Assembly: GCF_000315625.1 (NCBI RefSeq)
Contig: NW_005434665.1
Span: forward strand, 305,198 to 369,197
DNA: 64,000 nucleotides
Reading direction: 5' to 3'
Source: Guillardia theta CCMP2712
Lineage: Eukaryota; Protista; Cryptophyta
Position 1 is the first letter of the stretch. The number at the start of each line of letters is the position of its first letter. The position numbers and the translations under genes were made by a program. Below are positions 34,765 through 45,829 of this stretch, in pieces. Under the pieces are notes generated by a model. It was not told the origin of the DNA and did not search any database. It saw nothing but the letters and a program-made list of their open reading frames with translations.

Positions 34765-36341
34765 TCAGGTTGAGTCGCTTGAGTCGCTCCCACTGCTCGC
34801 CCTCCGCTCTGCTTCTCCTACTTTCTTAGCGCTTGCCCCTACTTGTAAGTACGCGACTTGATCTAAATGCGCAGCTCCGACAGACTTTGCGTGTAGTGCC
34901 ACTCCTCTCTCAGACAAGGAGCTCGAAGGGACTCCTCCCTGCTCCAGGTCAGCCTCCACAGGCTTTGCAACTGGCATCACAGATTCCATATCATGAGCTG
35001 GAGCTGGAGTCGAGCTGCCTGTTGTCCATTCGTCGGGATGACAGCATAGCGAGCACATGATGATTGAAGACGTGAGCTGTACAACGAAGAGCATGAAGTT
35101 GAATACAAAGATCGCCCATGCACTGCCAGTGAATGTCGAGCAGAACTTGCTCCCGCCGTATATCTCGTAGTCACCTGAGAGCAAGAACTTATCAGCATAC
35201 TAATTACTTAGCATTGTCATCATGACAACGTACCGCAAAAAGTAGTGGCGAAAAGCGCGTATATGATAGCAAAAGACATGGCATTTAACAACAAGAAGAT
35301 ATCGCAGATTAGGAATGCCAGGTGGAAACCTCCCCATATCTTGTTTCGAAACTTACTGGTCGCAATCCCAAGACCTCCGAAGACGAGAGTGAAGATACCA
35401 GGAACGAGTCCCCATATTCCTATAAGCAAGAGCCCAGCCTTTGCGTCCCTTCTGTCTTGTTCACAAGTCGAAAAGCTATAGTAGTAATAGTCCGAAGACC
35501 GAATGGTTGAAGTAGAAATGTTGCTGTTGTTGATCTTGTTTTTGGTGCTTTTTTGAATCCATCTCAAACTTCCAAGAAGGTTTGTGAGAGCACGGCGATT
35601 GCTGTACCCCGCGTTGTAGCCCGAGTTGTACGCCGAGGGCATATCTTGATTGTAGTCCGAGGTTGAGGATTGGTCTGCTCTGTCGCTGTTGTAGTAGCCC
35701 GAGTAATAGCCTGTGTTGTAGTAGCCTGAATAGCCGTAGGTGTCATAAATGCTATGACCGGTGTTGTACCCCGAGTTGAAGCCCGCGTTGAAGCCCGAGT
35801 TGTACGCTAGCCTGTAGGTGGTCAACGCGTCTCCCTGGTCGTATCCGTTGCAGTATCCGGAGTTGTATCCGGAGTTGTATCCAGAGTTGTAGTCATAGCT
35901 ATGCCCCGACAAGGCGCTCGAGCTGTATGCTCCGCTTTTCCCGGTGTAGTAGGCGGTGGAGTACAGGGTGCTGGTGTAGTCATAGGAGGAGTATCCGTTG
36001 TTGACGCTGGAGTAAGCGGAGTTGTATCCGTAATTGTAGTATCCCTTGTTGTATCCCCTATTGTATCCGTAGTTGTATCCGTCATTGTAGCTTGACCTGA
36101 ACGTCGTGTCGTATCCTTTGTTGAAGCCCTTGTTGTATCCGTAGTTGTATCCGGTGTTGTATCCAGAGTTGTATCCGGAGTTGGAGGAGGAAGAGCTGCT
36201 GCTGCTCGAGGATGAAGACGAAGACGGGCAGGTTGGGGGCGTGTAGGCGGCTGGGACCACTCCAGCAATGAACAAGGCGAACCCGAGCACCATGCTCACG
36301 ATGGTCGCAGGAAAGATAGAAGTCATGGAACAGTTGCACAT
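34765..36341 (-). CDS. Four-TM (MS4A/CD20-like topology) membrane protein with a long Gly-Tyr-Asn-Ser repeat loop, copy A
   Basis: ATG 36341; TM1 ATIVSMVLGFALFIAGVV; GYNx repeats; TM2 GIWGLVPGIFTLVFGGLGIA; TM3; intron ~35233-35175; TM4 ending SSIIMCSLCC. Confidence 0.8.
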
Positions 36342-36426
36342 GGTTGGTAGCTGTGGGTATGTTCGAGTACTGAAGCAATGGAGCAAGTTGTGATGGCGAA
36401 GCACTCGCACCTGCTCCACTTATGTT

Positions 36427-36482
36427 TCCCCTACATCCCCTACATCCCCTACATCCTCTACATCCCCTACATCCCCTACCCT
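36427..36482 (+). repeat. 9-nt tandem repeat (TACATCCCC), about 5 copies, upstream of copy A
   Basis: Read directly. Confidence 0.85.
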
Positions 36483-37152
36483 CCTCTCTACTTCACCTTG
36501 CACCCAGGGGTCCATGCTGGTCAACCTGCGCCCAGGCGAAGGAAGCGTGTAGGGCCTGACGCATCGCAAATGTCACCAAGAGCCTTAGCAGGCCACCCCC
36601 ACCCCCTCTATACCCCTGAAAGATGCTAGTACCGGTTGCTTCTTGAAGGGGGTAGAAAAACATTGCCATCAACACGTATCCTTTCGCACCTACTGCAGTT
36701 AAGTCGATGCAGGTTTTAATTGCAAGCAGCTTGAAGCAACATCATATCACAACCAGTAGGTTTTCATTGCAAGCAACATGAAGCATATGCTGTGCAACAC
36801 TCCAACATGAGCGCGCCATCGTTAGGCAGTGAATGGACCCCCGCCACATCCCAAATCCTAAAGAGAGGTTTGATACTATGGGTCCCCTACCATATCTATG
36901 TGCGAAATCCTCAGAAATCCTGCTGAAAATCGATTGGAAGGCAAAATTCGCGAAATTTTCTCCGAAAGAATCGATTGGAGGGAAGTAGCAACAGAACCTT
37001 TTCAATGATGGAGTCTCAACATCAGACTAATCTAGTGTACCACCTATTCAACTAGCTATTCTACCAGCCGGTCTACGCGCTGATCTTCTACCACTGCGAG
37101 ATCATCTCGCGGCTCTGAGGTCTCCCAGGTGCTCGGGAATCTGCTCGAGACA

Positions 37153-40100
37153 TCAAGACCCGGAGGCGTCTCGATCGGTGCATACCTCGAGGAAGCTGAC
37201 GATGGCTTCTGCTGGGGACATGACGGAGGAGGTGGAGGCAGCGGAGGTGTTGACAGGCGAAGAGATGTCTTCCTGGTCGAGCCTCTGCTCCACGCACCAA
37301 GACATCAACAGAACGCCTCTCCACCAGGACGAGCTCACCGCAAGGAGATCCTCGAGATACTTGAGGAGGGCCTGCCGCCGGTGCGAGATTACGCGGTCGC
37401 TATGGCTGCCGAAAAGTTGCTTGGACGGCAAGCGGAGGGAGGAGACGTCGAGAAAGCGCTGGAGACGCTGGTGGAGCATGTGGAAGTCCTTGTACCTCCT
37501 GCGGATCTCCCAAGTAACGTCCTCATGCCGACACTGGAAGACGTAGACTGTGTGGCCGTCGTGAGGACAGCTGTAGGTGCGGAGGATAAGGAGAGAGAGA
37601 CTTTTGAAGTTGACGATCCTGCGAAGAGCGTGAGGAAAAAAGCGTCACGGAAGGGATCGGAGCGACACAGCGGCAGGAGGAGAAAGAAGAGGGAGAAGGA
37701 GATAATATTAAGGATAAAAGGTGCGATGGCAGCACAGAGAAGACAATACAATCTAGAGCAAGATGAGGAGAAACAATTGCCTCGGCATCAAAATAATGAG
37801 CAAGTGCTCGACAAGTTGCAAGACAGTTGGAAGGAGAGGAGAGCACAATAGGGTTGGAGCGTTTGTTTGTGTGTGTTGTGGGGGGGGATTATGGAGACGA
37901 GGGTTGGAGAGAGATAATGACGGGAGGAGTCAGAGCGGGACAGCAAGACAGACACAGACAGATGGACGAAAAGGGAGAGAGGTCTACGGGTGGTGCAGAC
38001 GGATAGAGGTAGGAATGGAGGCGCAGACACAGGCAAAATCGCGCAGGTACAGACAGAGAAAGAGAGAGGTAAAGAGCCAAGAATGCAAAACAGGGGGCAG
38101 GGGGGGGAGAGAGGGAGAGGGAGGGAGAGCGGGGAAGACAAGGGCAACACGAAGAAGAGAAGACTGGTACGAAAAAACCTGTCGCAGGTGGAGACGTCAC
38201 AACCCTCCATCTCAATAGGCGAGAGACTTTGAATGCAATGCTGCATGAGTGTGCCTGCCGGCGTATCAGGTGGCGACAGATGCGACTCCTGCGCGCTCTC
38301 TCCTCTCGGTGGGGCTGCCGGGCTGCGATGCTCGCCTGTCCCAGCATGTGGAGCGTGCGAGTGGGAGGTAGAAGAGGCGTGTGGTCTCCTCTTCCCCACA
38401 CTATCCATAACCTTCTTGTCTTCTACACCGTCAACCTCGCTGAGAGTAAACGTGAAGATGATAAATCCTGCTTGCTGCTCTCCATTCTTGAGCTCCACCC
38501 GGCAAATGCCGTAGCGACAGCATGACAGAGCGAGTGCGACTCTGCCGCTGGCAGTGAGACATGCTTCTGGATCTTGGGGCTTGTGAATGACTGCGCGAAT
38601 CAACAGTTCCGACGTATCTTCGTCTTCTAACATGCCATGATGGCTAAGGACAACTCGGGCATCATTCTTGTCCATCATACTTCTTGGCCCATGGCCTCGC
38701 GCTGGACATGAAAGGGGGGGCGTCAAGCTCGCATGCTGGTCGATCATCATTTCGAAGAGGAACTCTTCTGCTCCATCATGTCCTATATTCCAGTAGAAGC
38801 TAAGAATGTTGATATCCACAAGGAGCGTTCTGCCCCTCCTGATCTCTCGAGGGCAGGCCTGAAGAGGGAGCAAAACATCCAAACAGCTCATCCTCGCTTG
38901 CAGCTCCTCGCCGTTGACATTCCAACGTTCATCGACATGATGGCTCGCATTAGAAAAATCGATCACAGCTCCTTTCCAAACACACTTGCCCGTTGCAGAT
39001 TGAAATAAATGTGAGAACGAGAAATCTTTGCGGACCAAGTCAAGATTGATGGAAACATAATGATCCGTGTCGCATGGAATGACAATGGCAGAGCCTCCCC
39101 GTCGTAGGATTTCCGTCTGATATCTCGTGATATTCTGGCCATTCGTTAATGCATATCGCAATAGGATGATGCTTGAGCTCAATATTTCCTCAAGTTTTCT
39201 GTTGTGTTTGAAGTCAACCAAGAGTAGTTTGCTGTAGTGATTCGACAGGTGCGCTTCGACTTTCTGGCTGATCTGTTCGCTCCTCTCGTTCTGCCGTTTC
39301 ATCAAGATACAACGCATCACATCTTGCACGTTCTCATTTACAACCCTACCAAGAATCTTGTCAAGTTGTGAAGTGTCGTTCCAACAACATTTTTCCTCAC
39401 CTCCCTAGGGCCTGCAGTGAAGGAGCATCGACGACATTCTTGACCTTAACATACATGTGCGGCCAACCATCACTTGTCTTTGAGACATTCAAAATCAGAG
39501 ATGCACAATTGAAGTTCAAGGAGAAGGCAACCGAATTCGAAGACGACAATGAACTGGACACGGTTCCTTCAGTGTTGCTCAGCATTTGGCTCCATCCCTT
39601 CCAAAGGGGACTATCTTTGATCAGATATTCCCAAGTCAATCCTTCGATGCTCACAACCTTGCCAAATCAGTGACAACCAGCAGCAGGAAGAGACCGTGAC
39701 TTACTTGCTTCGTTTGGATTGAAGCCATGTCGATATGAGTGGCTACTGAAGACACGAGCTTGAAATTCCCTCCTTTCACCTCAGGTCCAGCTTCATAGTC
39801 GGCATGTTTCTCTTCTGCCATTGTCACCGTGAAGGATCGAATATCAAACGCCCCGACAGGGAGGAATTCGTCCAGCTGATTCTTGAGAGACCTGTCAACA
39901 AGGGCAGGCAGATTGTCGGGAAGGATGATCAACAAGCGAAAGGCATCAAACAAGATACGTGAAGCTCTACCGCATGCAGACGGACTCTGCTCCCAACCTG
40001 AACCATCTCTTCCTTTGCTGCGGGAGTCGATTATCGGCTCATCAACAAATAATTGCAACAAGACTTGATCCATGGCCAGCACTTCAGTGAGCAGATACAG

Positions 40101-40482
40101 GCACAAGACGTGAGCATCAGCCCGAGAAAGTACTTTCGCAACAAAATAACTTTCACACGATTCCGAAAGGCAGTTCAGCACAAGAAACACTCTCTTGCAA
40201 CTGCCTTCTTGAGGACAGGCGCACGCGTCCTTGTCCACCATGTAGTAGTTCCAAGCAGCAAATGACAACATGAGCATGTTTGTGTTCATGTCTGATGTGA
40301 CAGCAAGAAGCTGGACTGACAAGTAAATAAAGATGCATTTGATAATTGAGAATCCTATCCTGTTCGAGAATGAAGAGAGGCAGCAATCCATGCTTGTACC
40401 AGATTTGTAGCCACACGAGTATACTCACCACAACTGCCAAATACGAGATGACACGCTTGTCTCTTGCATCTTCACTTCCATG
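37153..40482 (-). CDS. Large multi-exon protein with a C-terminal PX (phox homology) domain
   Basis: ORFs 39651..40391, 39397..39654 and 37788..39329; last exon (R)RYKDFHMLHQRL..LPSKQLFGSHSDRVISHRRQALLKYLEDLL matches the PX consensus; start uncertain. Confidence 0.65.
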
Positions 40483-41055
40483 AGTTGAGATATTGGAAAT
40501 ACAGGGCCTCCTCTCCTTCACTCGCGGTCTCTCCTGCCTCTTCCGATAGCAAGTTCGCCTCCTACGCCTCCCTCGCCATGCTGCTGGTACATCGATTGAG
40601 CCTGATTCAAACTGATTCGCCTTTGATTCAAATGGATTCAACCGCACAAAAGAGGCGGACTCGAAGTTGGCCCAGCCGCCGGCGACTCCCGTGTTTGAGA
40701 GTCAAGTCCTCTTCCTTGGCCAGTGAAAGAAGCAAGTTTGCTCCGCCGGGCAAGTTTGCCTTTTCTCTTTCCGAAGTTCAGCTTCGGACCGTACCGTATC
40801 GACCCGCCTCACCAAAATACTAGGTCGGTAGAGGAGGCAGCGAAAACTGCTACAAGCTTGAGGGCTCACTGAGTCCTGACGAGTCGTAGTGACATAAACC
40901 ATGTCCCAGGCGGTAGAGAGGACCCTACCCCATCACTACCCGAAAACCACCCAACCCCATGCCCCCTATCCTTCTCTTCATATACTTACCCTCGCTCCTC
41001 CTCTCTTGCCTTGCTAGTAAAAGCCCATCCCTCCTGCCTCGTACATCCACCCGAT

Positions 41056-41834
41056 ATGTGTAAGTGTTCCAGCTCCTCCGTCCTTCCTGCGACCATCGTG
41101 AGCATGGTGCTCGGGTTCGCCTTGTTCATTGCTGGAGTGGTCCCAGCCGCCTATAAGCCCCCAGCCTGCCCGTCTCCGTCTTCATCCTCGAGCAGCAGCA
41201 GCTCTTCCTCCTCCAACTCCGGAAACTACGACACCGGATACAACACCGGATACAACACCGGATACAACAAGGGCTTCAACAAAGGATACGACACGACGTT
41301 CAGGTCAAGCTACAATGACGGATACAACTACGGATACAACTCCGGATACAACAAGGGATACTACAATTACGGATACAACTCCGCTTACTCCAGCATCAAC
41401 AACGGATACTCCTCCTATGACTACACCAGCACCCTGTACTCCACCGCCTACTACACCGGGAAAAGCGGAGCATACAGCTCGAGCGCCTTGTCGGGGCATA
41501 GCTATGACTACAACTCTGGATACAACTCCGGATACAACTCCGGATACTGCAACGGATACGACCAGGGAGACGCGTTGACCACCTACAGGCTAGCGTACAA
41601 CTCGGGCTTCAACGCGGGCTTCAACTCGGGGTACAACACCGGTCATAGCATTTATGACACCTACGGCTATTCAGGCTACTACAACACAGGCTATTACTCG
41701 GGCTACTACAACAGCGACAGAGCAGACCAATCCTCAACCTCGGACTACAATCAAGATATGCCCTCGGCGTACAACTCGGGCTACAACGCGGGGTACTACA
41801 GCGGCTCCTACTCACAGACGTCGAGCTCATACGG

Positions 41835-41871
<37 letters not shown>

Positions 41872-42590
41872 TCATATTCATACAAATACTATTACTCAAG
41901 TTGTTACAGTGACAACAGTGAGGCAAAGTCTTTCCTCGTTTTCTTAGGAGTATGGGGAATCGTTCCTGGTATCTTCACTCTCGTCTTCGGAGGTCTTGGG
42001 ATCGCGTTCAGCCGCATGCGAACGAAGCTGCTGGGAGGCTTTCACCTCGCGTACCTGATCATTGACATCCTTTTGTTGATGACTAGCATGATCATTTCCT
42101 TCTACTTCGGATTGTTTGCCTCAGTGGTTTGTGGTGAGTTGTCTGCAAGTGCTGTAAGCTGGATAGAGGCGCTGACGGCTTTGTGATTTCTGCAGATGAA
42201 TACGAGATATACGGCAAGTTCTGCTCGACATTCACTGGCAGTGCATGGGCGATCTTTGTATTCAGCTTCATGCTCTTCGTTGTACAGCTCACGTCTTCAA
42301 TCATCATGTGCTCGCTATGCTGTCATCCCGACGAATGGACAACAGGCAGCTCGACTCCAGCTCATGATATGGAGGCTCAAATGCCTGTGGCAAGCGTTGC
42401 ATTTGCCAAGCATGAACCCAGCCCTGCTGTCCAGCCGAAGGGAGTTGCAGCGTCGAAGTCGGAGACGAGCAAACCTCGGGTCGACGGCCCTCCTCCCGTT
42501 TCAGCTCTGAGCAGCCAGCCATTTACCCGCGAGCATCCTGCTGCAAGCGAGTCGTCCGTAAGCGCTTCCTCGTCGGAATCTGATGTTTGA
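41056..42590 (+). CDS. Four-TM GYNx-repeat membrane protein, copy A' (inverted paralog of 34765-36341)
   Basis: 41085-41795 is nearly the reverse complement of 35606-36311; same TM layout, intron at a similar position, same CSLCCHPDEW motif. Confidence 0.8.
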
Positions 42591-42630
42591 AAAAGGAACC
42601 TTACGTTTGAAAAAGGAACCTGATGTTTGA
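42581..42630 (+). repeat. 20-nt tandem duplication (GTTTGAAAAAGGAACC core), 2.5 copies, over the A' stop codon
   Basis: Read directly. Confidence 0.8.
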
Positions 42631-42924
42631 TTATGCTTTCAAAATCTTGTATCGATGATGGTCTGTAGAATGGTTACAGTAATTCTATGCTATGATTAGT
42701 TGTATTGTATCACGTCATTATCCACGTCTTAAAGTTGATTACACGCGTGGTTTGTTGTCAGACGCCTCCACCCCCTACCCAAACTCATCAAGCACATGCG
42801 CCAGGTACCGGTGCTCTCCCCCTCCCCTTCCCTTGCTTCCTCTACCACCTCTCTTCCATCTAGCTTCTTCTCTCCATAATCCCTCCCCTCCTCTTTCCGC
42901 TCCCCCTCACGACCGTCTATCCTC

Positions 42925-43152
42925 GCGAAAGCCCATCCCTCCCTTATGCATCTACCAACTATGAATATGGAGGCTTATACATCTACCAACTATATGTTAG
43001 TACTCCAACTCCTCCGTCCTTCCTGCAAGCATACTACGACTGCGGATACAACTCAGCTTCCTCCGGACATTCCCCCTATGACTACACCAGCACCCTATAC
43101 TCCACCACCGCGTACAACTCGGGGTACAACACCGGTCACAGCACTTATGTCA
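42925..43152 (+). pseudogene. Deletion-riddled third relic of the GYNx four-TM gene
   Basis: AAAGCCCATCCCTCC, CTCCGTCCTTCCTGC, CCTATGACTACACCAGCACCCT and CAACTCGGGGTACAACACCGGTCA recur in the same order as in 41020-41655, with large gaps. Confidence 0.7.
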
Positions 43153-43475
43153 GCTACCATAACCCGTACTAGTACCTTTGGGTGGACCAGCAGGAGACAG
43201 ATGCTGGATGATACAGACACTCAAGAACACTCAAAATGTTTTGAAGTGGGTTACGGGTTCCTCATGTAAAAAGATTATCTGTTGTGTATCAAGTTTTCCA
43301 CCATTGGTGTTGGAGATGAAAGAATCTGACGATTCGCTTTGACCCTCAGAGTGAAATGAACACTGCAAGTCACACCACACAGATAAGCCATTCCATGCTT
43401 GCTGTGTCAAAGACAAGGTAGACTATGACGCTTCGAGCTAAGAGAGCAGGGGTTTTTGCGCTCATCTTGACACAA

Positions 43476-43852
43476 TGTCGCTCTGATCCCTTCCGTGACG
43501 CTTCTTCTCACGCTCTTCTTGGGATCGTCAACTTCAAAAGTCTCTCTCTCCTTATCCTCCCCACCTACAGCTGTCCTCACGACGGCCACATCGTCACTAG
43601 GATCTCCTTGCGGTGAGCTCGTCCTGGTGGAGAGGCGTTCTGTTGATGTCTTGGTGCGTGGAGCAGAGGCTCGACCAGGAAGACATCTCTTCGCCTGTCA
43701 ACACCTCCGCTGCCTCCACCTCCTCCGTCATGTCCCCAGCAGAAGCCATCGTCAGCTTCCTCGAGGTATGCACCGATCGAGACGCCTCCGGGTCTTGATG
43801 TCTCGAGCAGATTCCCGAGCACCTGGGAGACCTCAGAGCCGCGAGAGGATCT
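43476..43852 (+). pseudogene. Inverted copy of the 3' end of the PX-domain gene, lacking ~200 nt of the PX core
   Basis: Reverse complement of ~37098-37351 joined to ~37551-37668; junction near 43590-43598. Confidence 0.8.
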
Positions 43853-45529
43853 TGTGAGCAGCGGTAAGGCCGCTCATGCCTGCCGCCTGCACCCTGTCAA
43901 GAGAGAAGTCAGTCGCCAGGGAGCGCATGGAAGCAAGGAGGCGAGGAAGAAGTCAGTGAATACCCATGATAGATATCAGCCAGTCCAGAACTTGTGAAGT
44001 CCCCGCAGACAGCAATCTTCATCTCTTCGTTGGAGGTCTCAGTCAAGCTTCCCGCACAGAAGGCTGAGCCCCATCGATGAAGGATCGGCCCGAAGGAAGC
44101 TTTCTATTGGCGGGTCATTGGCATGGCAACAAAGGAGACAGGAGAAGCTACTACCTTGGGCAGGTCATAGCCAAGTTCCTTGAGCAGCGCCTCTCCGCTC
44201 CTGCATAGCTCCTCGAGGACAATCTTCTCTTTTTCCTTGTTCTCTTCCGACCTCCATCTGTCCGACAGCTTCGCAGCAGCACTCGTCGACCCATAGACCT
44301 CCTCGTACTTGCGAGCGAAGTCATGGGTGGAGTGCAGTACCAGGGAGGAGAATCCCCCGACGTTGTTGCGGATGACTCGTGAGATCACATCATGATGGGA
44401 TACATCCAGCACGTCAAACGGAAGAGAGTCGATCATGTCTGCTCCTTCCCCCTGGTAGGCGAGCATCGCCACCATGACCGGCGATGATCTCACAGCCTGC
44501 AGCTCTCCCACCAGCGAGTTGAGCGCTGGGAACTCTTGGCTGTGAAGGAGATATTTCATTCTCAACGGTCAGTCTCAGCGCATCAAGGAAGAATCGACTA
44601 ACCTGAGCTTCTGAAGAGGCGGCGGCGAGCCGAACACTTGCTCCCAGCGTTTGTGTCCGACGGTGTGACTGGTGACCACACACCAATCGAATCTACCAAC
44701 CTCCTTCTTCATGCAGAGTCAGCGGCATCTTCGTGCCCTCCTTCCTCATCAACCTTCTCCTTGTCGAAGAAGACCCACTCGCCATCCCTCTTTGAAATCT
44801 CCGATACCTGAGTCTGCAAATGTTTACAATGAGGTCGAAAGCCCTTGTGGGAGGAATACCTGGTACTGTACTTGTACACCTTCAAGCAGGGACTCACAGA
44901 GAGAAGTCATGTCAGGCTGAGCCACAAACTTCTTCGCCATCTTCACTTGCTCCATCCCTTTGGTCTTCCAATCCAACGAGTAGACTTGAGCGCTGCTCTC
45001 CTTCACCACTCCCTTGGAGACATAGCGCTCCATCAGGCCCGTGAACTCGGGGTCGTCGACCACGAACAACGGAGCTCCGTGGTTGATCGCAAGTCCTGGA
45101 TGCTCTCTTGTCTTTCTCGTCGCCATGCGACCTCCAGCTCCCCTCCCCTGTCATCGAGTCACCCTCAGATCGCATGTGAGACACGCCAACCATCTCGAAG
45201 ACGGAAACCGAGGCGCCAGCATCTTGAAGTACACGAGCCAGGGAGCTTCCGGCTATACCCGCACCCACAACTCCAACCCGTTGCATCCCCTTGAGGGAGT
45301 GAGAGAGAGAGGAGGACATGCTGCGGCATGTGTAAGGCTCTGCTACTCGATGCAGGGTCAACGATGATTGATGAGGAGAAAACGCCGCAGGAGTGTAAGA
45401 AGAGCTTGGAAAGGCGGAGGAGGCAGAGGAAGGAGGAGGAGGAGGAGGAGGAGGAGGATGGAATGCTGCAGGGCTGCTGAGAGAGCAGAGCATCGGGAGC
45501 ATCCCAGCGAAAGTTCGCCTCCCCAGCAT
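43833..45529 (-). CDS. Renalase-like FAD-dependent oxidoreductase with putative bipartite plastid-targeting presequence
   Basis: VGVVGAGIAG dinucleotide-binding motif, GGRMATR, NHGAPLF, FDWCVVT, LVLHST, HRWG, CGDF, VQAAGMSGLTAA; N-terminus ...LCSLSSPA-AF followed by a Ser/Pro-rich stretch. Confidence 0.85.
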
Positions 45530-45829
45530 CGCGCTTTGTGAGGACAAAAAATTAGCAGAGGGGCTCGGTGTTGCCTGGTTAAAAGCTGAGTTCACATCGC
45601 GATGGCCGTTTGACAAGAGACCAGGTGGGAGAGGAGGGGAGGAGATGATGATTGGAAGAGAAGGTGGGATAGTTGCGATGAGATGAGAAATGCAGGGGAA
45701 GGGGAAGGGGAAGGGGAAGAAGCGACTTCAATCAGCTTTACACGCGCTGAATAAGAATCGTTCTGCTCCTGACTTTGTGATTCTAACAAATCTTTGTCTG
45801 ATTCTCACAGCTGGCTTAGAGCGACAGAG

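Noticed and set aside
34765-43852. Transposon with long terminal inverted repeats
   Set aside because: The repeats are host gene sequences, interleaved rather than terminal, and no transposase or integrase was seen
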